From assembly GCA_963721805.1 (NCBI GenBank), contig CAVRJY010000001.1, forward strand, positions 768,001 to 832,000: a DNA stretch of 64,000 nucleotides, written 5' to 3'. Origin of the DNA: Nitrospirota bacterium. Lineage in GTDB: Bacteria; Nitrospirota; Thermodesulfovibrionia; Thermodesulfovibrionales; JdFR-86. Below the pieces are notes generated by a model. The model had not been told where the DNA came from. It did no database searches and worked only from the letters and a program-made list of their open reading frames with translations. Made by a program: the position numbers and the translations under genes. Each line of letters starts with the position of its first letter. Position 1 is the first letter of the stretch. Of this stretch, positions 1 through 10,161 are shown one piece after another.

Positions 1-585
1 GACGCAGGCTTCATGGCCGTGCGCCACATCGAGGCCCCATCTTTAGAGGGCTACCTGTTCCCGGATACCTATATCATCCCAAAGGGCATGCCCGTCGAGG
101 AGATCGTGACCATGATGGTGCGCCGCCTGAGGCAGAAACTGACCCCTCAGATGCTGCAGCGCGCGCGCGCGATGGGGCTTAACGAGCGCGAGGTCCTCAC
201 CCTGGCCTCGATAGTCGAGAAGGAGGCCCGGCTCGACCGCGACAGGCCGATGGTCGCTGAGGTCTACCTCAACCGCCTGAAAATGCGGATGCCGCTTCAG
301 TCCGACCCCACCGCGGTCTATGGCATAAAGCCGCTCGGCGTGGGAGTTACCCCGAGGGACCTAAAGAACCGCACGGAGTATAATACCTACATGATTGCCG
401 GGCTTCCGCCGGGGCCGATAGCCTCGCCGGGGCTCAAGTCGATAGAGGCAGTGCTGAACCCGGCCAGCGGGCCGTGGCTGTACTTCGTCGCTGACGGCAG
501 GACCGGCGGGCATGTGTTTTCGGCCACTGAAAAGGAGCACGAGCGCGCGGTCGCTGCTTATCGAAGAGCAATGAGGCGACGGTAA
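1..585 (+). CDS. mltG: Endolytic transglycosylase MltG (YceG family), 5' truncated by window edge
   Basis: Motifs LEGYLFPDTY, LASIVEKE, LQSDPT, YNTY..GLPPGPI; frame open from base 1. Confidence 0.93.
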   Translation, partial: DAGFMAVRHIEAPSLEGYLFPDTYIIPKGMPVEEIVTMMVRRLRQKLTPQMLQRARAMGLNEREVLTLASIVEKEARLDRDRPMVAEVYLNRLKMRMPLQSDPTAVYGIKPLGVGVTPRDLKNRTEYNTYMIAGLPPGPIASPGLKSIEAVLNPASGPWLYFVADGRTGGHVFSATEKEHERAVAAYRRAMRRR

Positions 586-599
586 TCACAGAGGGAAAG

Positions 600-1661
600 A
601 TGATAAAGCGCAAAAAGACCAATACGATCCAAGTAGGCCCGGTCGCGATAGGCGGCCGAAGCCCGATCAGCGTGCAGTCCATGACCAAGACCGACACGCG
701 GGACGTCCGCGCCACGTCGGCCCAGATCAGGGCGCTCGCAGCCGAGGGCTGCGATATCATACGCATCGCGATCCCTGATATCGAGGCCGCTATGGCGCTC
801 GGGCCGATAATAAAGCGCTCTCCGATCCCGGTGATCGCGGACATACACTTCGACTGGAGACTCGCGCTCGAGGCCATACGCCAGGGCGTGGCCGGCCTGC
901 GCATCAACCCCGGCAATATCGGGGCCGGGTGGAAGGTGCGCGAGGTCGTCGAGGCGATGAAGGACAAGGGCATCGCGCTTCGGGTAGGCGTAAACGCAGG
1001 GTCGCTGGAGAAGGACCTCTTAAAGAAATACGGCCACCCGGTAGCTGAGGCCCTGGTCGAGAGCGCCGAGCGCCATGTCTCGATGGTAGAGGAGCTTGGT
1101 TTTCATAACGTGAAAGTATCCTTAAAGGCATCCGGTGTCCTGCCCACGGTCGAGGCCTACCGCCTTTTTAGCAAGCGCCACCGCCACCCGCTGCACATAG
1201 GCATATCGGAGGCCGGGCCGCTGGAGCCTGGGCTGGTCAAGAGCGGAGTTGGGCTAGGTATTCTCCTGAACGAGGGGATCGGCGATACGGTGCGCGTCTC
1301 GCTCACGGCCGACCCGCGCGAGGAGGTCCGCGCCGCGTTCGAGATACTGCGCTCGCTCGGCCTTCGGAATCACGGGGTCGAGCTGGTCTCATGCCCCACC
1401 TGCGGCAGGACTTGCGTCGACCTGAAGGGCCTGGTGCGCGGCGTGGGCAAGAGGCTGCGCGGCATCCATACCCCGATGACCGTCGCTGTGATGGGATGCG
1501 CCGTCAACGGCCCCGGCGAGGCGCGAGAGGCGGACTTCGGCATCGCCTCGGGCAAGGGCACGGGGCTGGTATTTAAGAAGGGCAAGGTCATAGCGAAGGT
1601 AGCGGAAGACAGGCTCGTAAACACGCTCATGGCCGAGATAGAGAAATCGGGGGTCAAGTAA
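600..1661 (+). CDS. ispG: 4-hydroxy-3-methylbut-2-en-1-yl diphosphate synthase
   Basis: SVQSMT, ADIHF, RINPGN, SCPTCGR, MGCAVNGPGE motifs. Confidence 0.97.
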   Translation: MIKRKKTNTIQVGPVAIGGRSPISVQSMTKTDTRDVRATSAQIRALAAEGCDIIRIAIPDIEAAMALGPIIKRSPIPVIADIHFDWRLALEAIRQGVAGLRINPGNIGAGWKVREVVEAMKDKGIALRVGVNAGSLEKDLLKKYGHPVAEALVESAERHVSMVEELGFHNVKVSLKASGVLPTVEAYRLFSKRHRHPLHIGISEAGPLEPGLVKSGVGLGILLNEGIGDTVRVSLTADPREEVRAAFEILRSLGLRNHGVELVSCPTCGRTCVDLKGLVRGVGKRLRGIHTPMTVAVMGCAVNGPGEAREADFGIASGKGTGLVFKKGKVIAKVAEDRLVNTLMAEIEKSGVK

Positions 1662-1663
1662 TC

Positions 1664-2509
1664 ATGGAGATCATACGCATACCGAGGATAATGCAGGACA
1701 CCTCGCTCGGCCACATCCTAAGGAGCCGGACAATCGGGTTCGTCCCGACGATGGGGGCTTTGCATGACGGGCACCTATCGCTGATGCATGCCGCGAAGCA
1801 GGAAAATGACGTAGTCGTCGCGAGCGTATTTTTGAACCCAACGCAGTTCGGCCCCAATGAAGACCTCTCGGATTACCCGCAGGACTACGAGGCCGATATC
1901 AAGACGCTGAGGTCCACCGGCGTGGACTACGCCTTCGTGCCCGCGCCCCGGGCCATGTACCCCGAGGGATACTCTACGACCATACACGTCGGGGGCATAA
2001 CCGGACGGCTCTGCGGCGCGTTTCGGCCCGGGCACTTCGACGGCGTTGCGACGGTCGTCGCGAAGCTGTTGACGATAGTCCGGCCGAAGAGGGCTTACTT
2101 CGGGCTCAAGGACTATCAGCAGTGCCAGGTGATCGAGCGGCTCGTGGCCGACCTGAACCTCCCGGTCGAGGTCGTCGAATGCCCCACGGTGCGCGAGCAC
2201 GACGGGCTTGCCATGAGCTCGCGCAACAGATACCTGAGCGAGACCGAGCGCAAGGCCGCAACTGTGGTATACCGCACGCTTGAGGCCGCGGCATGCGAGG
2301 CCCGCGCGGGCGGCAAGACCGGCCCCCGGATAGACGAACTGATGGCCGCCGCGCTCCGCGCAGAGCCGCTCGTAACGGAGATCCAGTATGCCGGCGCGTT
2401 CGACCCCGATACGCTGGAACCCGTCGCTGGAACGCTCGGGGAGCGCACGCTCCTTGCGGTCGCGCTTAAGATAGGCAAGACGAGGCTGATCGACAACCTG
2501 GTGGTATAG
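1664..2509 (+). CDS. panC: Pantoate--beta-alanine ligase
   Basis: GFVPTMGALHDGH, NPTQF, RPGHFDGV, GLAMSSRN, RLIDN. Confidence 0.97.
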   Translation: MEIIRIPRIMQDTSLGHILRSRTIGFVPTMGALHDGHLSLMHAAKQENDVVVASVFLNPTQFGPNEDLSDYPQDYEADIKTLRSTGVDYAFVPAPRAMYPEGYSTTIHVGGITGRLCGAFRPGHFDGVATVVAKLLTIVRPKRAYFGLKDYQQCQVIERLVADLNLPVEVVECPTVREHDGLAMSSRNRYLSETERKAATVVYRTLEAAACEARAGGKTGPRIDELMAAALRAEPLVTEIQYAGAFDPDTLEPVAGTLGERTLLAVALKIGKTRLIDNLVV

Positions 2510-2526
2510 GGCAGGGGGAGCGGCTG

Positions 2527-4233
2527 TTACGGGTGCGTCAGGCGCGGCAGCGTGACCCTGAACTCCGTGCCGCCCTCGCCGAGCACTTCAATCTCGCCGT
2601 CCATCTGAGTGGCGAGTGACCTTACGAGCGACATCCCGAGCGAGTCGGTCTTGCTTATATTGAAGTCCGGGCGTATCCCGGCCCCGTTGTCCTTCACGCC
2701 AAGCCTCCAGACGCCGTCACCGGCCTCGCGCAGGTATACCTCGATCAGCCCTGAGCGCCCTTCCGGGAAGGCGTACTTTATGGCGTTCGTCACGAGTTCG
2801 TTTATGATAAGCCCGCAGTAGTTCGCGGTGTCGACGTCCAGTGAGATCTCCGGCACGCTGGTCACGATCCTTATGTCCGGGTTTTCTAGCCTGTAGGTGC
2901 TCAGTATCTGGTCCGTGAGCCTTTGGGCAAACTCAGAGAAATCTATCCTCGATCCCTCGGGGGATTTCTGTAGCCGCTCGTGGATCATGCCCATAGCCGC
3001 CACGCGGGAGCGGCATTCGTTCAGGAGCTGCTTGGCGTCCTCGTCCTCGGTGCCGTGCGACTGGAGTTTCAGCAGGCTGGTTATCACGTTTAGGTTGTTC
3101 TTGGCCCGGTGGTTGATCTCCTGCGTGAGGATCTCCTTTTCCCTGAGCAGCTGCTCGAGCCGCAGCTCCTGGAGCTTCCGGTCCGTGATGTCCCTCATCA
3201 CGACGAGCTTGGCGAACCCGCCGTCGGGTTTCACGATCCTGATCTGGTGGCTCTCGAAGTATTTGTTCAGGTGAGCCATGTGCCGCTCCATGATCACGTT
3301 GCTGCCGCTGAAGACCTCCGCGTTGCGGCACCAGGGGCAGGGGGCGTCAAGCTTGTGCTGGTAAGCGTAGCACTTCGTGCCGCGCGCGCAGGGGCCGAAG
3401 AGCTTTTCACACGATTTGTTCGCGAACTCTATCTCGAAGTCCTGGTTGGTGATGTTTACGGCGTCGAGCATCGAGTCGTATATGAGCTTGAAGTGCTGGA
3501 ACCCTTCATCAGTCTTAAGCAGGGAATTGAGCTTGTTCTGGAGCGTCTTAAATTCCGTGATGTCGTCGCCGATGAGCACGAAGCCGCCGTCGCCCCCGGC
3601 GGGGATCAGGCTGACCTTCCACCAGGCGTGGTAATCGTTGCGGATGCGGACGGCCTCCATGGTGCGTTCCTCGCCCTGAAGCACGCGCTTCATCTCGGCC
3701 TCGGCCAGCTCCCGGAACTCATCATGCCAGATGTCCTGAAACCGGCTCCCGAGGATCTCGTCCCCGGCCCCCATCTTCTTGAGGCCTTCCCTGTTGATCG
3801 TCAGGCATGTACCATGCCTGTCAAAGGTCATCGCTCATATCGGGGCGAAATTCTCGATTATCCGGTTGCCGAGGCCCTCGTCCGTGGCGCGCCGGGGCTC
3901 CCTGGCCTCTTTCGCTATATGGATGAGGGCGGTCATGTCGCCCTTCTGGTCGAACTGGGGGATCGCCCTTAGCTGTATGAACTTCCCGACCTTCGGCTCG
4001 AAGTACTCGTGAGCTATCTCCTTCTTCGTCTGCCAGCAGCCGCAGCTCAGGCAAAACTCGGGAGGGGCGTTGAGGCCGTGATAGTGGCTGTAGCATTTTC
4101 CGGCCCTCTGGGGGTCGATCGCGAAGAAGGCCTCGGCCGCCTTGTTGGCGTACAGGACGTTAAAGTCCCTGTCGTGGACCGTGATGGAGTCCGTCAGGGA
4201 AAGGAAGGTGTCTAAGAGATTAACTTTTCCCAT
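2527..4233 (-). CDS. Three-PAS sensor histidine kinase (HisKA_2-type, EINHRAKNN) with a single in-frame TGA at 3837-3835; 568 aa if read through
   Basis: ORFs 3835..4233 and 2527..3831 are in one frame, separated only by TGA-GCG. The junction IIENFAPI*AMTFDRHG reads as a continuous PAS N-terminus. HATPase boxes ELVTNAIKYAF, DNGAG, SLGMSLV. Confidence 0.85.
3802..3820 (-). other. Candidate bacterial SECIS-like hairpin
   Basis: Minus strand CAGGCATG-GTA-CATGCCTG: perfect 8-bp stem beginning 14 nt after the in-frame TGA, loop starts with G. Confidence 0.4.
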
Positions 4234-4400
4234 ACCGATGGTGAACGGCTATCCCCCTCCTGTGTGAATATTAGCCTTATCGCAACTGTTAAGTCAATGA
4301 TTTTCATGCCGCCCGGCGGCGGCTGGCGCGAGGGGGCGTTCAGTGCGCCCGGCCGCCGGGGACGGGGCGGTTGCAGCCCCATATATCTCCTTATTACTAT

Positions 4401-4430
4401 TTGACAAATCCACCACCCCGAAAGTATCAT
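4401..4430 (+). promoter_or_regulatory. Sigma70-type promoter for the glutamate synthase operon
   Basis: TTGACA-N18-TATCAT. Confidence 0.65.
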
Positions 4431-4519
4431 AAAATTTCACGGCAAGTGATGGCCGTTTTTTGCGCGCCACAGCTATCGGCGCTTAACCGGATGCCGGAAA
4501 GAGGCGGAATAATAAGGAA

Positions 4520-5633
4520 ATGTGCAGACTAGCGGCCATAACGTCAAGTAAGTATTTCTCACCGATCGAGAACGTCATCGCGCTTGAGACGATGAAAGAG
4601 GGCCATGACGGCTCGGGCATGGGCCTTGCGCTTCAGGACCTCGGGGGCGAGTTCCGCGAGCTAAAGAGCTACCCCGTGCTCTCCGGCATATGCTCGGACG
4701 AGGGCATGCAGGCCCTCAACGCGTACATGGGCAAGCAAGGGTTCAAGGAGGTCCACTCCTGGAGCCCGAAGCTCAGGCCCGTAAAGGGCATCACGCCGCG
4801 CGACCAGTACTTCGCCAAGTTCTACAAGCTCCCGGCCGCCTACAAGGGCAAGTCGAAAGAGGAGCAGGAAGAGTTGCTCGTGCGCACGCGCCTGGCGCTT
4901 CGCATACTCGGCGAGCAGCGACGAGTCCATAGTCGTTTTCTCGTTCTACCCCGACGTGCTCATATTAAAGGAAGTCGGCGACCCGCTGGAACTTGCCGAG
5001 TTCTTCAGCCTCGACAACTCCAGCCTCAAGGCCAGGGTGATACTCGCGCAGGGCAGGCAGAACACGAACTACGCGATCAACCTCTACGCCTGCCATCCGT
5101 TCTTCCTCCAGGGTTTCTGCTCGATGACGAACGGCGAGAACACCGCGTTCATCCCCATCCGCGAGTACCTGCAAAGCCGCTGCGTGCCCGGCTATGTCGG
5201 CTATAACAGCGACAGCGAGGTCTTCACGCACATCCTGCACTACGCGGTCAACGTGCTCGGATTCCCGCTGACGTACTATAAGGACATCATCACCCCCATG
5301 ACGCAGGCCGAGATCGCAAATAGGCCGGACGCCCAGGCGCTCACGCTCCTCAAGCAGAGCCTCCGCATGCTGACCATCGACGGGCCGAACTGCAACATAG
5401 GCTTCCTGCCGGACGGAACGTGCTACATGGTGCAGGACGCCAAGAAGCTCCGCCCCGGCGCGGTGGGCGGCATCGCGGGCGAGAAGTTCGCGCTGATGAG
5501 CGAGGAGTGCGGCGTGGAGAAGGCCGTGCCCGGCCGCGACAAGGGCCTCGACATATTCCCGATGAAATACGACATGGTAATCATAGCCCCAGGGGCGAAG
5601 GAGGTCAGGGTATGGAATCAGCTCAAAGGTTAG
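4520..5633 (+). CDS. Class II glutamine amidotransferase subunit of a split glutamate synthase; +1 frameshift near 4919
   Basis: N-terminal Met-Cys (Ntn nucleophile), GHDGSG; continues in the second frame as ..DESIVVFSFYPDVLILKEVGDP..GRQNTN..CHPF..NGE..SDSEV. Confidence 0.85.
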
Positions 5634-7267
5634 ACAATAACCACGAGATCACCCTCAAGGACCTCCCGTACATCATAAGGTGGAGCGACGCGCGCTGCAA
5701 GCGCTGCGGCCGCTGCACCGCGATCTGCCCGGTGAAGGCCATCGAGCCGACGGTCAACGTCAGGCGGCACGTCTACTCCGAAGAAGCCGCGCCCAATCCC
5801 AAGGCCACCCGCCGCATCGTGCACACGGTCGAGCAGGTCAAGGAGATCAACCGCTACTGCACGGGCTGCGCCATGTGCCAGCTCGTATGCCCCAACGAGG
5901 CCATCGAGCCCGAGTTCAACCCGAGGCACAAGTTCCTCACCTTCAAAAACCAGGGCGGCGAGCCCCACAAGCGCGGCGGCCGCAGGAACGACCCCTCGAT
6001 CTCGACGCTGGACAAGCTTAAATTCACGCGCATCTCGATGCTCACGGACCCGGCGCTCGACGCCGGACGGCACGAGTTCCGCATACGCACCTACCTGGGC
6101 CGCATACTGCCGCCCACCGGGCTTCCCCTGGCGCGCGATGGCGAGAGCCTCGTCGTCACCCCCGGAGGGTTCGTCCCGCCGGTGCGCGAGATATACCCCA
6201 TCATGATCGGCAGCATGTCTGTCGGCGCGCTCTCCCCGCATATGTGGGAGGGGCTCGCGATGGGCGTGGCCTACCTAAACGAAGAACTCGGGCTGCCGGT
6301 CGTGATGGCCTCCGGAGAGGGCGGCCTGCCGCAGCGCCTGCTGAAGTCCCGCTTCCTGAAATACTTCATCCTGCAGATCGCCTCGGGATATTTCGGCTGG
6401 GACGAGATCGTCCGCTCCCTGCCGCACATGGTCGAGGACCCCTGCGCTATAGAGATAAAGTACGGCCAGGGCGCGAAGCCCGGCGACGGCGGCCTGCTGA
6501 TGGCCTATAAGGTCCTGAAGCTCATAGCCAGCATCCGGGGCGTGCCGATGTACGTCGATCTCGCATCGCCGCCGACGCACCAGACGAAGTACTCCATCGA
6601 GGAGGCCGTGGCCAAGATGATCCAGTCGATGTCGATGGCCTGGGGCTTCCGCGTGCCGGTCTATCCGAAGATCTCGGGCACCAAGACCGCGCGCGCGGTG
6701 CTCAACAACCTCGCCCGCAACCCTTATGCGGCCGGGCTTTATATAGACGGCGAGGACGGCGGCACCGGCGCGGCCTATAACGTATCGATGGACAAGATGG
6801 GCCACCCGATAGCGACCAACCTGCGCGAGTGCTACCTCGACCTGGTAAAGCAGGGCAAGCAGAACGAGCTTCCGCTGATCGCCGCAGGCGGCGTGGGCAA
6901 GAAGGGCAACCTCGCGGCCAACGCAGCGGCGCTCATCATGCTCGGGGCCTCCGGCGTGGCGATCGGCAAATACATCATGCAGGCCGCGGCCGACTGCCTC
7001 GGCGACGAGAACAACCGTTGCAACCTCTGCAACACCGGGCGCTGCCCGCGCGGCATCACCACGCAGGACCCGAAGATCTACCGCAGGCTGGACCCGGACA
7101 AGGTCGCCGAGCGCGTCGTGGACGTGTTCAAGGCCGCTGACATTGAACTGAAAAAGATATTCGCGCCGATGGGCCGGAGCACCGAGCTCCCGATAGGGAT
7201 GTCCGACGGCCTTAGCGTTTCGGACAAGGCCATCGCCGAGAAACTGGGAATAAGCTATGCCTGCTAA
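5612..7267 (+). CDS. Glutamate synthase FMN-binding subunit with N-terminal 2x[4Fe-4S] ferredoxin domain
   Basis: RBS AAGGAGG before ATG 5612; CKRCGRCTAICP, CTGCAMCQLVCP; MSVGALS, SGEGG, IEIKYGQGAKPGDGG, CNLCNTGRCPRGITTQDP. Confidence 0.92.
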   Translation: MESAQRLDNNHEITLKDLPYIIRWSDARCKRCGRCTAICPVKAIEPTVNVRRHVYSEEAAPNPKATRRIVHTVEQVKEINRYCTGCAMCQLVCPNEAIEPEFNPRHKFLTFKNQGGEPHKRGGRRNDPSISTLDKLKFTRISMLTDPALDAGRHEFRIRTYLGRILPPTGLPLARDGESLVVTPGGFVPPVREIYPIMIGSMSVGALSPHMWEGLAMGVAYLNEELGLPVVMASGEGGLPQRLLKSRFLKYFILQIASGYFGWDEIVRSLPHMVEDPCAIEIKYGQGAKPGDGGLLMAYKVLKLIASIRGVPMYVDLASPPTHQTKYSIEEAVAKMIQSMSMAWGFRVPVYPKISGTKTARAVLNNLARNPYAAGLYIDGEDGGTGAAYNVSMDKMGHPIATNLRECYLDLVKQGKQNELPLIAAGGVGKKGNLAANAAALIMLGASGVAIGKYIMQAAADCLGDENNRCNLCNTGRCPRGITTQDPKIYRRLDPDKVAERVVDVFKAADIELKKIFAPMGRSTELPIGMSDGLSVSDKAIAEKLGISYAC

Positions 7268-9671
7268 GAAGACGACGAAGAAGACCGTGGCCAAGGCCGC
7301 GGTAAAGAAGGCCGACAAAGTTAAGATACTTGAGGGAAATATAGTGCCCTCTAACGTGATCGAGGGCAACGTAAACGGCAACCGCGTACCTTCGCGCATA
7401 CTCGAGGAGCGCGTGCAGAAGGCCGTCGCGGACGGCATGCGCGAGTTCACGGTTATAGCCGACGGCCAGCACGGCATCGGCGGCCGCATCTGGCCGCGCC
7501 CGGAGCCGGTGCGCATCACTATCGAGGGCCGCGCCGGCCAGCGCGTCGGCAGCATGGGCATGGACGGCACCGAGATCGTGGTCAAGGACTCAGCATCTGA
7601 CGACGTCGGGTGGATCAACTGCGGCGCGAAGATCACCGTGCTTGGCGACGTCACCAACGGCGCGCATAACGCTGCGGCGCAGGGCGTGCTCTACGTCCAG
7701 GGCGGCGGCGGCGCGCGCTGCGACACGATGACCAAGCACAATCCAAGATTCGCCCCGCCTCAGTCGTGGTATTTCCGAAACGTAGGCGACACCTTCGCCG
7801 AGTTCAAGGCCGGAGGCATCGCGGTCGTGTGCGGCGTCAACCCGCGCGACCCCGAAAACATCCTAGGCAACCGCCCGTGCGTGGGCATGGTCGGGGGCGT
7901 GGTCTACTTCCGCGGCCCGATCCGCAACTACAGCACAGGCGACGTAAAGCTCGCCGAACTCACCCCGCAGGACTGGGAGTGGCTTACAGAGAACATGAAG
8001 CCGTATCTCAAGGCCATAGACCGCGAGGGCTATTATAAAGAGCTAACCAACTCCATCACTGACTGGAAGAAGTTCATCGCATACACCCCGGCCGAGAAGG
8101 TGCAGCTAAAAAAGAGAAAGCTCGGCGCCGAGGAGTTCAGAAAGACGGTATGGGAGAAGGAAGTCGGCGTCGGCGGAATTTTCGGCGCATACCTCACGCA
8201 CGACCGCACGATACTGCCATACGTCACGACCGGCAACGAGCGCAGAAACAAGCCGGTATGGTCCAATGACAAGTACCTGCCGCCGTGCGCGTACAACTGC
8301 CCCACCCGCATCCCTTCGCACAAGCGGGCCACCCTCATACGGCAGGGCCGCGTCAAGGAAGCGCTGAACCTCGTGCTCAACTACAGCCCGCTCCCGGCGA
8401 CCGTATGCGGCGAGATATGCCCGAACCTCTGCATGCAGCACTGCACGCGCGGCAGGGTGGACAGGCCGCTTAACATCAAAGAGTACGGCAAGCTCGCGCT
8501 CGAGCTCCAAGCGCCAAAGCGCGCGCCCTCGACCGGATACAAGATCGGCATCATCGGCGGCGGCCCGGCCGGGCTCTCGGCCGCATGGCAGCTCGGCCTG
8601 AGCGGCCATACCGTGAACCTCTACGAGGCCGTCGACAAGCTCGGCGGCAAGCTCGAGCTCTGCATCCCGCGCGAGCGGCTTCCGCAGGCCGTGCTCCAGA
8701 AGGAGCTATCCCGCTTCGGAGAGGTCGGCGTCAAGGTCCACCTGGGCCAGAAGGTCAACCGCGCCGAGTTCGACCGCATATACGCAGAAAACGACGCGGT
8801 GATCGTCGCATGCGGCGCTCACAAGCCGCGCATCATACAGTTCCCCGGCTCAGAGAGCGTCATACCTGCAATAGACTTCCTCAAGGGCGTGAACTTCGGC
8901 AAGCCTATCGCGCTTGGCGGCAAGAATGTAGTGATCATAGGCGCGGGCAACGTCGGCATGGACGTCGCCGTTGAGGCGTACAACTGCGGCGCGGCCTCCG
9001 TGACCGCGATAGACGTGCAGAAGCCCGCGGCGTTCGGCAAGGAGCTTGACGCGGCAGCCGCCCGCGGCACCAAGGTCCTCTGGCCCCGCTTCACCGACCA
9101 CTATGACCACGATGCGCACCTGCTTCATTTCAAGGACGGAACGACGCTTGAGGCCGACGAGGTCATCATGTCCATAGGCGAGGTCCCTATGCTCGATTTC
9201 CTGCCGCCCGAGATCCATACCGAGCGCGGCTGGCTCAGCGTCAACAACCTGATGCAGACGACCGACATCAAGGTCTACGGCATAGGCGACGCCACGCGCC
9301 CCGGCCTCGTTACGCACGCGATAGGGCAGGGCCGCGACGTGGCCGAGGTCATTCACTCCGTGCTCATGCACTACGACTACCAGCCAGAGGTCAGGCAGCC
9401 GATAGCTTACGACCGCATCAAGACCGAATACTACGACATATGCCGCCTCAACGAGTTTTCGGCCGAGAAGGAGGCCGACGCCTGCATGTCGTGCGGGAGC
9501 TGCCGCGACTGCGGGATGTGCGAGCAGACCTGCTACTGGGGCGCGATCAGCCGCGTGGACCACGAGGGCGGCTCTTACGAATACGTCGTGGACCCCGATA
9601 AGTGCATAGGCTGCGGGTTCTGTGCGGGCGTATGTCCCTGTGGCGTCTGGGAGATGGTCGAAAACATCTGA
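7257..9671 (+). CDS. Fusion of GltB C-terminal (GXGXG) domain, GltD-like FAD/NAD(P)H oxidoreductase and C-terminal ferredoxin
   Basis: GQHGIGG/GQRVGSM beta-helix region, CAYNCP, CGEICPNLCMQHC, GGGPAG, GAGNVG, CIGCGFCAGVCP. Confidence 0.88.
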   Translation: MPAKKTTKKTVAKAAVKKADKVKILEGNIVPSNVIEGNVNGNRVPSRILEERVQKAVADGMREFTVIADGQHGIGGRIWPRPEPVRITIEGRAGQRVGSMGMDGTEIVVKDSASDDVGWINCGAKITVLGDVTNGAHNAAAQGVLYVQGGGGARCDTMTKHNPRFAPPQSWYFRNVGDTFAEFKAGGIAVVCGVNPRDPENILGNRPCVGMVGGVVYFRGPIRNYSTGDVKLAELTPQDWEWLTENMKPYLKAIDREGYYKELTNSITDWKKFIAYTPAEKVQLKKRKLGAEEFRKTVWEKEVGVGGIFGAYLTHDRTILPYVTTGNERRNKPVWSNDKYLPPCAYNCPTRIPSHKRATLIRQGRVKEALNLVLNYSPLPATVCGEICPNLCMQHCTRGRVDRPLNIKEYGKLALELQAPKRAPSTGYKIGIIGGGPAGLSAAWQLGLSGHTVNLYEAVDKLGGKLELCIPRERLPQAVLQKELSRFGEVGVKVHLGQKVNRAEFDRIYAENDAVIVACGAHKPRIIQFPGSESVIPAIDFLKGVNFGKPIALGGKNVVIIGAGNVGMDVAVEAYNCGAASVTAIDVQKPAAFGKELDAAAARGTKVLWPRFTDHYDHDAHLLHFKDGTTLEADEVIMSIGEVPMLDFLPPEIHTERGWLSVNNLMQTTDIKVYGIGDATRPGLVTHAIGQGRDVAEVIHSVLMHYDYQPEVRQPIAYDRIKTEYYDICRLNEFSAEKEADACMSCGSCRDCGMCEQTCYWGAISRVDHEGGSYEYVVDPDKCIGCGFCAGVCPCGVWEMVENI

Positions 9672-9681
9672 GGCCCCCACT

Positions 9682-10098
9682 ATGGAGTGGAAACAGGAGT
9701 ACTCGGTCGATATAGAGATCATAGACGCACAGCACAAGGAGCTTTTCAAGCGCATCAATAACCTTGTGCAGGATATAAAGCTCAAGCGCTGCAAGCTCAC
9801 GATTGACGGGACCACGAAGTTCCTCGAGGACTACGTGGTCAGCCACTTCGGCGCGGAGGAGCGCTATATGCAAGAATGCGGATACCCCGGCCTGGAGCTG
9901 CACCGCGCCCACCACCAGAAGTTCATGGCCGATTTCGAGGCCCTGAAGCGTGAGCTCGCGGCCGAGCACAGCTCCTATGGCCGTTCGGTGCGCACGAACC
10001 AGATCGTCGTGGACTGGATCATCGGGCACGTCACGAGCGAGGACCGCGAGTTCGGCGCATACCTCAAGGAAAAGGGCATCACGCTTAGGCCTCACTGA
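9682..10098 (+). CDS. Bacteriohemerythrin
   Basis: W....SV....IDAQHKELF, HFGAEE, HRAHH, W..GH...ED di-iron ligand pattern. Confidence 0.92.
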   Translation: MEWKQEYSVDIEIIDAQHKELFKRINNLVQDIKLKRCKLTIDGTTKFLEDYVVSHFGAEERYMQECGYPGLELHRAHHQKFMADFEALKRELAAEHSSYGRSVRTNQIVVDWIIGHVTSEDREFGAYLKEKGITLRPH

Positions 10099-10161
10099 CG
10101 CCACCAGCCGATGCAACCGTACGAACCGACAAATCCTGAAGGAACAGGGGCCTGAGGCCCC

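Noticed and set aside
4308..4372. GC-rich hairpin between the PAS kinase and the glutamate synthase promoter
   Set aside because: Imperfect pairing is expected at this GC content; no second copy or motif was seen.
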